Source: a virus
Lineage: Duplodnaviria; Caudoviricetes
Strand: one strand, 5' to 3'
Length of the DNA stretch: 64,000 nucleotides
Virus record (IMG/VR): IMGVR_UViG_2551306247_000001
Span: 1 to 64,000 of that record
Position numbers and translations under genes: made by a program. Below are positions 27,932 to 38,655 of the stretch, in pieces (the first letter of the stretch is position 1; each line of letters begins with the position of its first letter). Under the pieces are notes generated by a model. The model saw only the letters and a program-made list of their open reading frames with translations, was not told the DNA's origin and did no database searches.

Positions 27932-30790
27932 ATGGCTGGAAACATTAAGGGAATTACGATTGAAATTGGTGGCGATACCCAACCCTTACAAGATGCCCTA
28001 AAGGGTGTAAACAAACAAGCATCTGCAGCTACCAAAGAACTAAGACAAATTGATAAGGCTCTCAAGTTTGATACAGGCAATGTCACCCTCCTCACTCAAA
28101 AGCAGGAAGTATTAGCTAAACAAGTTGAGACAACCAAAGAAAAATTGGCAACGCTCCGTCAAGTCCAATCACAGGTGGAAGCTCAATTTAAGGCTGGGGA
28201 TATTGGGGCAGATCAGTACCGTGCCTTTCAACGTGAGGTGGAAACTACTCAAAGGCTGCTAACGTCCTATGAAACTAAGTTAGCTGATGTGTCATCAACA
28301 CTTGAGAATCACGGTCGAGCCAGTAGTTCAGCGGCTCAACAATTAGATAAACTCCAAGTGGAGCAGGGGCAGTTAGCAAGTGAGATGAACAAGGTCACGT
28401 CTCAATTTGAGCTACAAGAAAGTGCTTTGTCATCCAATAGTTCTGAAGCAGAACGCAATGCCATAGCTCAACAAAAGATTGGAGCACAGTCAGAAATTGT
28501 TTCTAAACAAATTTCCAATCTCGAAAAGCAACTAGCCTTGACAAAGAGGGAATATGGTGAGAATTCCATTGAAGCCAATAAGATGGAAGCTGAGTTGAAT
28601 CAAGCAAAGACCGCTCTCAATAACCTGAACAACGAGATGGATGAGACCAAATCCTCTGCCGATGGTGCTCAAGATGGCATGAAGGCCATGTCTGACACCA
28701 TTCGGGCTGAGGCACTTCAAGCGACCAGTGAGAAGCTTGCAGACATCTCTCAGAAAATCTTCGAAGTCGGAACAGAGTCCATGTCTGCGGCAGCTCAACT
28801 TCAAGCCAGCAATGCCCAATTCTCTACCGTCTTTGGAGATATGGAGAATGCTGCTAAGGATGCCCTCAATAAGATTGGGGAAGAGATGGACATTGTTCCA
28901 GAGCGTCTTCAAGGCTCCTTCACTCAGATGGCTTCCTTTGCCAAAACCTCTGGGATGGATACGGCTCAGGCTTTGGATCTGACCACTCGTGCCACCAGAG
29001 CAGCGGCTGATGGGGCAGCATTTTACGACAAATCCATCGAAGAAGTCACCGAAAACCTGCAGTCCTTCCTCAAAGGAAACTATGAAAATGACGCAGCTCT
29101 AGGTATTTCTGCGACAGAAACCACTCGTAATGCAGCGGCGAACAAGCTTTATGGAAAGTCCTTCAATGAACTATCAGAAGCTCAGAAGCAGTTAACCCTC
29201 CTTCAAATGGTAGAGGACGGCAATGAACTCTCTGGAGCCTTGGGACAAGCTGCAAGGGAATCAGAAGGACTGGAAAACGTTCTGGGCAACTTAAGACAGT
29301 CTGGAACTAATGCTCTAGCAGCAATCGGTCAACCGATTCTGGAGATGCTTATTCCAGTCTTCCAAAGTTTGGCAGACATTGTTAGTCAACTAGCGACTTG
29401 GTTTACCAACTTATCCAGTCCCATCAAGGAAGTCGTCATTATCTTCACAGGTATTTTAGCCGTGGTAGGGATGTTACTTCCAGTTTTCTTGGGCTTACAG
29501 GTTGCGGCAGCCGCTATGGGGACAACCGTTGTTGGAATGATAACGGCATTTTTGCCGATTGTGGGGATTATTGTTGGTATTGTAGCTGCCATTACCTTAC
29601 TGATTGTTGGGTTAAAAGAACTCTGGACGAATCATGAAGGCTTTCGAACGACTGTGATGGAAATCTGGAATAGTATCTATGCCTTTCTGACCATGATCAT
29701 CCAGCAGATTTCTAGTTTTGTTATGTCCATCTGGGGAACGCTAACCACATGGTGGACTGAAAACCAGCAATTGATTCTAAATGCTGCAACCACGGTATGG
29801 AATGCCATCACTACGGTTATTCAAACGGTGATGACTATTCTTGGACCGCTCATCCAAGCAAGTTGGGAGAATATCAAACTCATCATTACAGCCGCTTGGG
29901 AGATGATAAAGATTGTGGTCGAGACTGCTATCAATGTGGTACTTGGTATCATCAAGGCAGTCATGCAGGTTATCACTGGTGATTGGACTGGCGCTTGGGA
30001 AACCATCAAACAGGTCATGTCGATGGTATGGGAGGGCATTAAGTCCCTTATTTCGTTAGCTCTCAATTTCATCGCCCAGTACATCTTAACTGCTTGGACG
30101 GGTATCAAGAATACCATCTCAAATGTACTATCTGCCATTAGTTCTGTTATTTCAACTATTTGGTCAGCTATTCAATCGACAATATCCAGTGTCCTATCTG
30201 CGATTGGTTCAACTGTTTCAACTATCTGGAATGGTATCAGTAATACCGTATCCAACATCTTGACTGGCATCTCCAATACGGTTTCATCTGTTTGGAATGG
30301 TGTTAAAATCACCATTTCAAGTGCTATCAATGGTGCAAGAGATGCCGTGAGTAATGCCATCAATGCTATTAAAAATCTCTTTAACTTCCAAATCAGATGG
30401 CCGCATATTCCCCTTCCTCATTTTCGAGTGTCAGGCTCAGCCAATCCACTCGATTGGTTAAAGGGGGGTATTCCAAGAATCTCCATTGATTGGTATGCCA
30501 AAGGTGGAATTTTAACCAAGCCCACTGCATTTGGAATGAATGGCAATAGCCTAATGGTTGGAGGTGAGGCTGGAAAAGAAGCAGTCTTGCCCTTGAATGA
30601 ACAAACATTGGGTGCAATTGGTCGAGGAATCGCAAAGACCATGACAAGCAATTTACCAACCATTCACATCACCATTACTGGAAATACGATAAGAGAAGAA
30701 ACTGACCTTCACCGACTAGCGGAGATGGTTGGAGAAAAACTAGTGTATGAATTAGAACGTCAACAAGGATTGAGAGGAGTGAAACCATGA
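27932..30790 (+). CDS. Tail tape measure protein
   Basis: MAGNIKGITIEIGGDT; long helical region, TM segment, periodic W repeats, WYAKGG..GGEAG.EAVLPL. Confidence 0.92.
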   Translation: MAGNIKGITIEIGGDTQPLQDALKGVNKQASAATKELRQIDKALKFDTGNVTLLTQKQEVLAKQVETTKEKLATLRQVQSQVEAQFKAGDIGADQYRAFQREVETTQRLLTSYETKLADVSSTLENHGRASSSAAQQLDKLQVEQGQLASEMNKVTSQFELQESALSSNSSEAERNAIAQQKIGAQSEIVSKQISNLEKQLALTKREYGENSIEANKMEAELNQAKTALNNLNNEMDETKSSADGAQDGMKAMSDTIRAEALQATSEKLADISQKIFEVGTESMSAAAQLQASNAQFSTVFGDMENAAKDALNKIGEEMDIVPERLQGSFTQMASFAKTSGMDTAQALDLTTRATRAAADGAAFYDKSIEEVTENLQSFLKGNYENDAALGISATETTRNAAANKLYGKSFNELSEAQKQLTLLQMVEDGNELSGALGQAARESEGLENVLGNLRQSGTNALAAIGQPILEMLIPVFQSLADIVSQLATWFTNLSSPIKEVVIIFTGILAVVGMLLPVFLGLQVAAAAMGTTVVGMITAFLPIVGIIVGIVAAITLLIVGLKELWTNHEGFRTTVMEIWNSIYAFLTMIIQQISSFVMSIWGTLTTWWTENQQLILNAATTVWNAITTVIQTVMTILGPLIQASWENIKLIITAAWEMIKIVVETAINVVLGIIKAVMQVITGDWTGAWETIKQVMSMVWEGIKSLISLALNFIAQYILTAWTGIKNTISNVLSAISSVISTIWSAIQSTISSVLSAIGSTVSTIWNGISNTVSNILTGISNTVSSVWNGVKITISSAINGARDAVSNAINAIKNLFNFQIRWPHIPLPHFRVSGSANPLDWLKGGIPRISIDWYAKGGILTKPTAFGMNGNSLMVGGEAGKEAVLPLNEQTLGAIGRGIAKTMTSNLPTIHITITGNTIREETDLHRLAEMVGEKLVYELERQQGLRGVKP

Positions 30791-31509
30791 TTAAACATAA
30801 TGCATTAACCATTGGTGGAGTGTCCACGAGTTCTTTTCCTTTTAAGGTAATCGTGGAAGATAGTCCTTCAATCACAGTAAGTGAAAGTAAGACGCAATTG
30901 ATAGAACACCAAGGCCTGTCAGGAGCGGTTCTTCAAACCAATCCTCGCAGAAGTGTCATGGAACTGAGCTACACCCTCTATCTTGTAAAACCTAGTGAAG
31001 AACAGTTATTATCCTTTTTGAAGCTATTTTTGAAAGAAGGATTTTGGCTTGAGAACGCTAGTTTCAAGACCATACGCTTTTGGTGTTACAAGGTACACCA
31101 TACTCCAGTTCAAAAGGATAAGCTGGGGGTGTATGAGTTTAAGGTTACATTTTCTTGTCACCCAACCAAGTGGTTCAAAACGACGACCTCGCAGGTGTTT
31201 AGGACTAGTGGTACTTTTAGAAGTCAAGGTTCAGCCATTGCTTTTCCAAAGATTACCATAAGTGGCAACTCGACTAGTGAAACTAGCTTTACGATTGGGG
31301 ATGATGTCATCCGCTTGGAGCGATTACAAGAAACACTCATTATGGATAATAATCCTAGTCAGCCAAGTTTTAAGACACAAAGAGGTCAGCCTGTAAAATG
31401 GTCTGGCGATTTTATTTCCATTGATGCGGCCAGAAATGACTCGGTTGGAGTTGTCTTAGGTGCTGGCATTACATCATTAACAATAGAAATGAATTGGGGG
31501 TGGGCTTAG
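30787..31509 (+). CDS. Distal tail protein (Dit)
   Basis: Follows tape measure; F.CHP; P.I.I.G. Confidence 0.75.
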   Translation: MIKHNALTIGGVSTSSFPFKVIVEDSPSITVSESKTQLIEHQGLSGAVLQTNPRRSVMELSYTLYLVKPSEEQLLSFLKLFLKEGFWLENASFKTIRFWCYKVHHTPVQKDKLGVYEFKVTFSCHPTKWFKTTTSQVFRTSGTFRSQGSAIAFPKITISGNSTSETSFTIGDDVIRLERLQETLIMDNNPSQPSFKTQRGQPVKWSGDFISIDAARNDSVGVVLGAGITSLTIEMNWGWA

Positions 31510-34500
31510 TGCTATCTTTATTAGACAAAACCGTTCGAACGGCAAAATGGCATGGGAAACCACTCCCAGAGACCATAAAGGCAAGCGTTAAAGAAACCTT
31601 GAATGGGGATTTTGTCCTAAATTTTACCTATCCAATCACAGACAGCGGACTATTTCGAGAGTTAAAAGAGGACTACCTCGTTCGTAGCCCAGTTCCAGTA
31701 TTGGGACACCAGTTGTTTAGGATTAAGAAAGTCATTGAAGGAGACACCAGTCTTGAAGTTGTGGCCTATCACATATCAGATGACGTCATGACTAGGTTGG
31801 TATCTCCATTTAGGTGTGAACAGGTACCTTGTGCAACAGCACTATCAAGCATGGTCATGGCAAGCAAGTCTCCACTTGGAGATTTTTCTTTTACCAGTGA
31901 CATTGTCAAGAATAGAACCTATACAACGGACAAGGAACAGACGCTGTACTCCAGCCTGATGGATGGTAAACACTCTATCCTTGGAACTTGGGAGGGAGAA
32001 CTGGTTCGAGATAACCTTGCCTTATCAATTAAGAGTGAGCGAGGACAGGACCGTGGAGTTGTTATCTCTACTCACTACAATTTGAAAAAGTATCAGCGAA
32101 CGAAAGAAAGTTCACAGATTATCACTCGTATCCATGCCACTTCAAGCTTTAAACAAGAGGGTCAGGATAGGGAAGCTGTCCTTCAAGTAACTGTAGACAG
32201 TCCGTTGATAAACTCTTATCCTTTCATCAATGAAGTGACCTATACAAATAATAGTGTCAGAACTCGTCAAGAGTTAATAGAGTGGGCTAGTAGCAAGTTT
32301 CGCTTAGAGGGTATTGATAAGCCCAAAGATGCCATCATCATTGAGGCATTTGAATTAGATGGTCAAACAGTTCATCTAGGCGATACAGTGACTTTAAAAA
32401 GCAAGCTACACGGCATTGATGTGAGGAAGAAAGCCCTTGCTTATGATTATGATCCTCTAGCTAAGAATTACCGCTCTATCACGTTTGATGATAAGGCAAG
32501 TATCGGTACAGGTAAAACTGGCGGAAGCTTGACTACCCTAGCAAATAATCTCCTTGAAGGGAATAAGCGGAGTGAGGATGTTGCCGTTGAAATTGCCATT
32601 GAGAATGCCAACAGAGCCTTTGATGCAGAATTTGAGAAACGTCAAGTAGCCATTGATAATGCAATCCTTCAGGCTCAAAGTCATGGGGAGGTCTATGCGG
32701 ATCGATTAAAGGCTAGCATTGATAGTGAGCTTTCTTCTATTCACCAACAGATGCTGCAACAAGAAGAGGAACAGCAACGCACAACTCGTGATTTATTGGC
32801 AAAGGCTGGGGTAAATACCAACCTAGCCACAGAAGCCAAACAAAAGGCAGTACAGGCTCAAACTGGGGCAACTGAAGCTCTCAGAAGGGCAGAACAAGCC
32901 AAGCTCGATGCGATTCAAGAAGCTAACCGCTTGACTTCGACGGAGCGTAGTCAAACAGAGTTAAAAATTGCGACAGCAAAATCACAAGCTATCTCTGAGG
33001 CGAGTCGATTGGTTGATGTAGCAAAATCACTGATAGGTGGACAGTTGGCAACTGTCACTACCAATCTCACACAAACCAAGGAGGATATAAAACTACTTGC
33101 GAGTAAGCAACTGGTGGATGGTCTGACTGGTCGAGTAATTAGTGCAGAATCCATGATTCAAACGCAAGCAGACCAAATTTCCCAGCGTGTTAAGACTAGC
33201 GATTTTAACCAAGCAAAACAGAGAATCGAAACTGCAGAGTCAACGATTACGCAATTGGGGAATCGGATAACAACTGAGATTCGAGAGACCGTAGCTAAGA
33301 TTCCAGTTGATTTTGGTGGTCGAAATTACATACTAAAAAGTGATACTTATATTACATCCGGGAGTAAGTTTCTAGATAGTGCTTCGGACTTTATCGACTA
33401 TGCTCAGGCAGGAAAGTTTGTGACGATCAGCGTTGATATCAAGGGGGAAAATCTGTCGCCTGATGAAAGAGGACAGTCTAGGATAGGATGCGAGCTACGC
33501 TTGACTTTATCCAATGGCAATCCTCTCTATCTAAACTGCTATAAAGTTGTTTCAGCAACCCAACCTCGCGAGCGAATATACCGAACGGTTCGTATTCCTG
33601 ATGGTGTATCGGTTGTTAGTGTAGCAAAGCTCAATCTTTTTGTGCAAGTCAGAGGAAATGCCTTAGCTGGAAGACCAAAGTTTGAACTTTCTTCTATGCC
33701 TACTGACTGGTCACCTGCTCCTGAAGACTTAATCACAGATCTCAGTCAAACCAGAACACTAATTACTCAGACAGCTGAGGGCCAAACTCAGCTGTCTACA
33801 AAGCTTACTCATACTGAGAATAAAATGATGAATGCTGAAACCCAAATCAGGCAATTGTTGGGTGATGTGGCTAGTAAAGTATCTAAAATGGACTATGACA
33901 ATCTCAAGAGTACAGTTGAGAATCATACGACAAGTATTAATCAAACGACCCAGTCCATTTTACTTAAAGCTGACAAGACCTTTGTGGACGGTGTGAAATC
34001 TACGGCAGAAGCAGCCCTTTCAAAAGCAACTAGCAATGCGACAATGATTAGTCAGACCAAGTCTGAGCTAACTATTGCCAATGATGCCATCTCACAGAAA
34101 GTCGCAAAGACGGATTTTAATAATTTGAGCGGTCGAGTAGCAAGTGCGGAAACCACTATCCGAACACAGGCTGGGCAAATCGAACAACGACTGACGAGTA
34201 CGCAAGTTGAATCTGCAATTAACTCAAAAGGCTACCAAACCAAGTCACAGGTCGATTCAAATATTATGGGTCGTGGCTATCTAACCAGCAGTTCTCTCCA
34301 GCCCTATGCGACGACAACTAGTGTGCAGAATTTGGTTAGAACCACCTATGATAGTTTTACCCAGCGAATCAGTCAAACGGAAAGCAGAATCCCTACCTCA
34401 GTTTCGCATCGCAACTTAATAGCTGGTACTTCAGACAGATGGAGTGCTTATCAGACGATAAATACCAATAGTAACTGGATAGCCTCTTTAGGAAGAGTGC

Positions 34501-35990
34501 AATTTGGGGATAGTAGTGGAATTTATGTTGGATCAAAAGTTCATTTATATGTTCATGTCTCAGCGGATGAGATTACCTTTGACCCCGCTGTAACGTCTCG
34601 TACTATGAAACTTCAAGGTCCAATCTTGGATAGTCAAAATGCCTGGACATGGACCAACTGGAATTTGTATCACCCTTTCTATAATAAATGGAGTAGCAAT
34701 CTGACAACGGGTAACAACTATCGCTTGATAAAACTGACCGCCACCGTCACTCAAGAGATGTACCAACACTCTAAAGGATTTGAACTTCAAGTCAGAGTTG
34801 ATGGGGTTAAAACTGGTAAGTTCCATGTGAGAGCCTTAATGGTATCAACTGGTGATATTTTTCCAGACTACTGGACACCGTCATTAGACGACTTTACGAC
34901 GGTAACCGCCTTTCATGAAGTGCGGGATACTGTAAGTAGTCATACTCGAACAATTGGAGATCACACCAATCAAATCAGTCAGGTTGTCCAAACGGCTAAT
35001 GGGATTGTGACACGAGTGGGCAATCTAGAAACAAGTCGAGCGACAACGGCGGCAGTTAATGCCATTCAAACTCAGGTTTCAACACTTGCAGGGGCGTGGT
35101 CGGTTCGAAATCTGACCAGTGCAGGAACAGTCCTGAGTCAGCTCAATCTCAATAAGGATGGCACAGTCAAGATTGATGGAAAACTCGTCCAAATTACAGG
35201 CACAACCTATATCCAAGATGGAGTAATTGCGAGCGGTAAGATTGCCAGTCTTGATGCAGGAAAGATTACGACAGGTATTATCTCTGCAGCTCGAATTGGA
35301 GCAGAAGCAATCACTGCGGATAAGTTAAAGGTTGACCAAGCTTTCTTTACCAAGTTTATGGCAACAGAAGCCTATCTTAAGCAGTTATTTGCCAAATCAG
35401 CCTTTATAACCCAAGTGCAGTCAGTAACACTATCTGCCAACAACATTTCTGGTGGTATCTTGTCAGCAATCAACGGAGCCATGAAAATCAATCTGTCACT
35501 TGGAAACATCAAGTTCTTTACAAACTCTCCATCCATTTCTCGTGAGGTTAGTGGTTATCCTCACCAGTGGGTTTCATTTGAAACAGGTACCTCAAACGGC
35601 AAGCCATGTGGTGTAACCATTATCGGTTCCAATCGATGGAACAACTGGAATGCCAATGACGGTGGCTTTGTAGGGATTAGAGCATGGAACGGTACTGATA
35701 CTGACCAAATTGATGTGGTAGGTGATAAAGTACGTTTAGCTAGTGCTCCATATACCAATCCAGATGGGTGGGAGATTGTAACGTTGCCTAACCGACTGAG
35801 TATTGATGCTTTTAAAGCATCTGACCGACCAAGTTCTATTTTGAATATCGGAGATATCCGCATCTATCGAAATGGGACAACCTATGTCAGCTTGAAAGAC
35901 GTACTTCATCAATTCAATCACAATTTTAAACACTTAGTAAACATCACAGGTCGAGGTGACGTCATCTTGACATGGGATACGATTAAATAA
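31509..35990 (+). CDS. Tail-associated Tal/host-specificity protein with coiled coils and two carbohydrate-binding-like modules
   Basis: N-terminal prophage tail domain (ETLNG.F.L, W.GEL.RDN); RNYILKS...DWSPAPED and RNLIAGT...YWTPSLDD modules; AGKITTG.I.A repeats. Confidence 0.85.
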   Translation: MLSLLDKTVRTAKWHGKPLPETIKASVKETLNGDFVLNFTYPITDSGLFRELKEDYLVRSPVPVLGHQLFRIKKVIEGDTSLEVVAYHISDDVMTRLVSPFRCEQVPCATALSSMVMASKSPLGDFSFTSDIVKNRTYTTDKEQTLYSSLMDGKHSILGTWEGELVRDNLALSIKSERGQDRGVVISTHYNLKKYQRTKESSQIITRIHATSSFKQEGQDREAVLQVTVDSPLINSYPFINEVTYTNNSVRTRQELIEWASSKFRLEGIDKPKDAIIIEAFELDGQTVHLGDTVTLKSKLHGIDVRKKALAYDYDPLAKNYRSITFDDKASIGTGKTGGSLTTLANNLLEGNKRSEDVAVEIAIENANRAFDAEFEKRQVAIDNAILQAQSHGEVYADRLKASIDSELSSIHQQMLQQEEEQQRTTRDLLAKAGVNTNLATEAKQKAVQAQTGATEALRRAEQAKLDAIQEANRLTSTERSQTELKIATAKSQAISEASRLVDVAKSLIGGQLATVTTNLTQTKEDIKLLASKQLVDGLTGRVISAESMIQTQADQISQRVKTSDFNQAKQRIETAESTITQLGNRITTEIRETVAKIPVDFGGRNYILKSDTYITSGSKFLDSASDFIDYAQAGKFVTISVDIKGENLSPDERGQSRIGCELRLTLSNGNPLYLNCYKVVSATQPRERIYRTVRIPDGVSVVSVAKLNLFVQVRGNALAGRPKFELSSMPTDWSPAPEDLITDLSQTRTLITQTAEGQTQLSTKLTHTENKMMNAETQIRQLLGDVASKVSKMDYDNLKSTVENHTTSINQTTQSILLKADKTFVDGVKSTAEAALSKATSNATMISQTKSELTIANDAISQKVAKTDFNNLSGRVASAETTIRTQAGQIEQRLTSTQVESAINSKGYQTKSQVDSNIMGRGYLTSSSLQPYATTTSVQNLVRTTYDSFTQRISQTESRIPTSVSHRNLIAGTSDRWSAYQTINTNSNWIASLGRVQFGDSSGIYVGSKVHLYVHVSADEITFDPAVTSRTMKLQGPILDSQNAWTWTNWNLYHPFYNKWSSNLTTGNNYRLIKLTATVTQEMYQHSKGFELQVRVDGVKTGKFHVRALMVSTGDIFPDYWTPSLDDFTTVTAFHEVRDTVSSHTRTIGDHTNQISQVVQTANGIVTRVGNLETSRATTAAVNAIQTQVSTLAGAWSVRNLTSAGTVLSQLNLNKDGTVKIDGKLVQITGTTYIQDGVIASGKIASLDAGKITTGIISAARIGAEAITADKLKVDQAFFTKFMATEAYLKQLFAKSAFITQVQSVTLSANNISGGILSAINGAMKINLSLGNIKFFTNSPSISREVSGYPHQWVSFETGTSNGKPCGVTIIGSNRWNNWNANDGGFVGIRAWNGTDTDQIDVVGDKVRLASAPYTNPDGWEIVTLPNRLSIDAFKASDRPSSILNIGDIRIYRNGTTYVSLKDVLHQFNHNFKHLVNITGRGDVILTWDTIK

Positions 35991-36002
35991 AGGAGTTCAC
36001 AG

Positions 36003-36209
36003 ATGAATCTAGAACAAATCAACCAATCATTAAAATTAACCATCCAGGAGCTTGTCTCCAAGCTATCTGATGAGATTACCGCTAAGAACCTCATTGCCAT
36101 CCAATTGGTGGAAAGGGATGAGGAACTTAGCCTATTGCGTAAAGAAAAACAGGAATTGACTGAGCTATTAGAAGTTCAGACAAAACCTGAAGAAAGGAAA
36201 GGAGAATAG
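36003..36209 (+). CDS. Small coiled-coil tail-associated protein
   Basis: RBS, coiled-coil pattern, position. Confidence 0.6.
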   Translation: MNLEQINQSLKLTIQELVSKLSDEITAKNLIAIQLVERDEELSLLRKEKQELTELLEVQTKPEERKGE

Positions 36210-36214
36210 TTATC

Positions 36215-36583
36215 ATGGCACTTCTCAATATTGACAAAGTAACAGAACCATTTGATTTGGAGACAGCTCTCGCTTACATGCGTAAGAATGGAGAGTTCAT
36301 TCGTTGTAAGACAGCAGAGCAGGATTTTTACATGTATCTTGAAGAAGTAAGGCGACCTGCCATTAAAAATGGAAGGCGGCAGTTGGTTACAACAGAAACA
36401 GTTTGGGCGTTTAATCAGTGGGGTAGTACCACATTAACTCTGAATCTTTCTGATTTATTTCATGAATGTTTTTATCTGATGCGGTTTGATGAGAACGGTC
36501 AACCGGATTGGTCAGACCCTACCATTGTGCAGGAAGGCCCAGTAGAAAGTGAGGTGACCGATGAAGGAACTGTTAACTCTTAA
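36215..36583 (+). CDS. Hypothetical phage protein
   Basis: RBS aaaggag; between tail and holin. Confidence 0.6.
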   Translation: MALLNIDKVTEPFDLETALAYMRKNGEFIRCKTAEQDFYMYLEEVRRPAIKNGRRQLVTTETVWAFNQWGSTTLTLNLSDLFHECFYLMRFDENGQPDWSDPTIVQEGPVESEVTDEGTVNS

Positions 36584-36956
36584 TAAGATTTTATTTTCCA
36601 TGATTGGAGGCTTGATTGGTAGTCTATTTGGAGAGTTGGATGGTATCTTATATGCCCTACTTGTCTTCATTATTATTGACTATCTAACAGGAATTTTTGC
36701 GGCAGTTGTAGAGAAACAATTGTCAAGTAGTATCGGTTTTCGTGGCATCTTTAAAAAGATAGCCATTTTATTTTTAGTTTCACTAGGTCATCTGATTGAT
36801 ACTGCAATCATCAAGCAGGGTGGAACAATTCGAACCATGGTCATTTTCTTTTATCTCAGTAATGAGGGGTTAAGTATTCTAGAAAATACCGTTCGAATTG
36901 GTTTACCAATACCTGAGAAACTACAAGCAATCTTAAAACAAATCAACGAGAGGTGA
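36561..36956 (+). CDS. Holin
   Basis: IDYLTG...LSS.IGFRGI.KK; FY.SNEG.SILEN...GLPIP. Confidence 0.9.
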   Translation: MKELLTLNKILFSMIGGLIGSLFGELDGILYALLVFIIIDYLTGIFAAVVEKQLSSSIGFRGIFKKIAILFLVSLGHLIDTAIIKQGGTIRTMVIFFYLSNEGLSILENTVRIGLPIPEKLQAILKQINER

Positions 36957-36962
36957 GAAGAT

Positions 36963-38432
36963 ATGGGAAAACATCTAGTCATTTGTGGTCATGGCCAAGG
37001 GCGAACAAGCTATGATCCTGGAGCAGTGAATGCCAAACTAGGTATCACAGAAGCAGGAAAGGTTCGAGAATTAGCCAAGTTAATGTCTAAGTACAGTGGA
37101 CAGCGAATTGATTTTATTACCGAACAAAATGTTTATGATTATCGGAGTATTACTAGTATTGGTAAGGGATACGACTCGATTACTGAATTGCACTTCAATG
37201 CCTTTAATGGAAGTGCTAAAGGTACAGAAGTCTTGATTCAATCTTCCTTAGAAGCAGATAAGGAAGATATGGCTATCCTGTCTCTCCTTTCACACTATTT
37301 CCAAAATCGTGGCATTAAGAAGGTAGATTGGTTATATAATGCCAATCAAGCAGCAAGTCGTGGATACACCTATCGTTTGGTGGAGATTGCTTTCATCGAT
37401 AATGAACAAGATATGGCGATTTTTGAGAACAAGAAAGAGGATATTGCGAGAGGTCTTGTGTCAGCAATAACAGGAGTTGAGGTCAAGACCATAGTTCCCT
37501 CGACACCCAGTTCAACCGTTGGGAGTTCAGGAACTCCTTCAAAACCAGTCTATCTTGTTGGTGATAGTCTTAGGGTGTTGCCTCATGCGACTCATTATCA
37601 GACTGGTCAGAAAATCGCCAACTGGGTCAAGGGGCGCACCTACAAAATCCTTCAAGTGAAGAATATTCACCAGTCCAACAGTAAGAGAGCTTATCTACTT
37701 GATGGAATCAAGTCATGGGTGCTTGAGCAGGATGTAGAAGGAACAACTAAAGGCCATAGTGAGCAGACCTATCAAGCACAGAAAGGCGATACGTATTATG
37801 GAATCGCTCGGAAGTTTGGTTTAACAGTAGATGCCCTACTTGCGGTGAATGGTTTGAAGAAGTCGGATATCCTGAAAGTTGGGCAAACACTCAAGGTTAA
37901 CACAGCTTCAAGGACAACAACCGCTATTCCAACCAGTGTTGCAAGCCGTGTGGTTGCGTCAGCATTATCCAAGGTCGGTCAAAAGGTGACTGTTCCATCT
38001 AACCCTTATGGTGGACAATGTGTTGCCTTGGTGGATAAGATTGTTCAAGAGCTTACGGACAAGAATATGTCTTATACTAATGCCATTGATTGTTTGAAGA
38101 AAGCAAAATCAAATGGTTTCCAAGTAATCTACGATGCTTGGGGTGTGAATCCTAAAGCAGGTGATTTTTATGTCATTGAGACAGATGGTTTGGTCTATGG
38201 GCATATTGGTGTCTGTGTGACAGATTCTGACGGAAAAAGTATTGATGGTGTGGAACAGAATATTGATGGATATTCTGACTATAATAAGAACGGTATCAAT
38301 GACCAATTAGAAATTGGTGGCGGTGGAATTACTCGTCGTGTGAAACGGCAATGGATGGCGGATGGCTCACTCTACGATTCTACTGGAACAGTTAAACTCG
38401 GTAAAGTTGTAGGTTGGTTTAGAATATCATAA
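36963..38432 (+). CDS. Endolysin: amidase_3, SH3-like, LysM, CHAP
   Basis: ICGHG..DPGA..E; ELHFNA; LysM KGDTYYGIARKFGLTV; CHAP GGQCV...YGHIG..EQN. Confidence 0.92.
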   Translation: MGKHLVICGHGQGRTSYDPGAVNAKLGITEAGKVRELAKLMSKYSGQRIDFITEQNVYDYRSITSIGKGYDSITELHFNAFNGSAKGTEVLIQSSLEADKEDMAILSLLSHYFQNRGIKKVDWLYNANQAASRGYTYRLVEIAFIDNEQDMAIFENKKEDIARGLVSAITGVEVKTIVPSTPSSTVGSSGTPSKPVYLVGDSLRVLPHATHYQTGQKIANWVKGRTYKILQVKNIHQSNSKRAYLLDGIKSWVLEQDVEGTTKGHSEQTYQAQKGDTYYGIARKFGLTVDALLAVNGLKKSDILKVGQTLKVNTASRTTTAIPTSVASRVVASALSKVGQKVTVPSNPYGGQCVALVDKIVQELTDKNMSYTNAIDCLKKAKSNGFQVIYDAWGVNPKAGDFYVIETDGLVYGHIGVCVTDSDGKSIDGVEQNIDGYSDYNKNGINDQLEIGGGGITRRVKRQWMADGSLYDSTGTVKLGKVVGWFRIS

Positions 38433-38441
38433 TTAAGTCTT

Positions 38442-38474
38442 AAGCCTGGTGGGAACATCAGGCTTTATTTTTTT
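38442..38474 (+). terminator. Rho-independent terminator after lysin
   Basis: aagcctggtg-ggaa-catcaggctt followed by a T run. Confidence 0.75.
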
Positions 38475-38494
38475 GCTTTTTTTTTCAATAAGTG

Positions 38495-38526
38495 CGGAAA
38501 AATTACTCCCAAACCTACCTAGTAAG
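38495..38526 (+). promoter_or_regulatory. Motif A copy 4: CGGAAA-N15-TACCTAGTAAG
   Basis: Same boxes and spacing as copies at 7.2-7.4 kb; upstream of the recombinases. Confidence 0.6.
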
Positions 38527-38655
38527 GTAGGAGGAATATTTGTATTCCATGAACTTTGGCATAAATTTATCAGGTCGAATTAGTTTGTCTGATAACTTGA
38601 CTTATTTTCCCTTTAGAGTGATATATAGTGTGCCATTACATAGGAAGGAGAGTAA

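Noticed and set aside
27813-28001. 62-aa ORF before tape measure
   Set aside because: Wrong frame; the coding frame here is the -1 frameshift extension ending at 27913
29600-30370. Periodic Trp/Ser/Thr repeats
   Set aside because: Ordinary tape measure protein repeats
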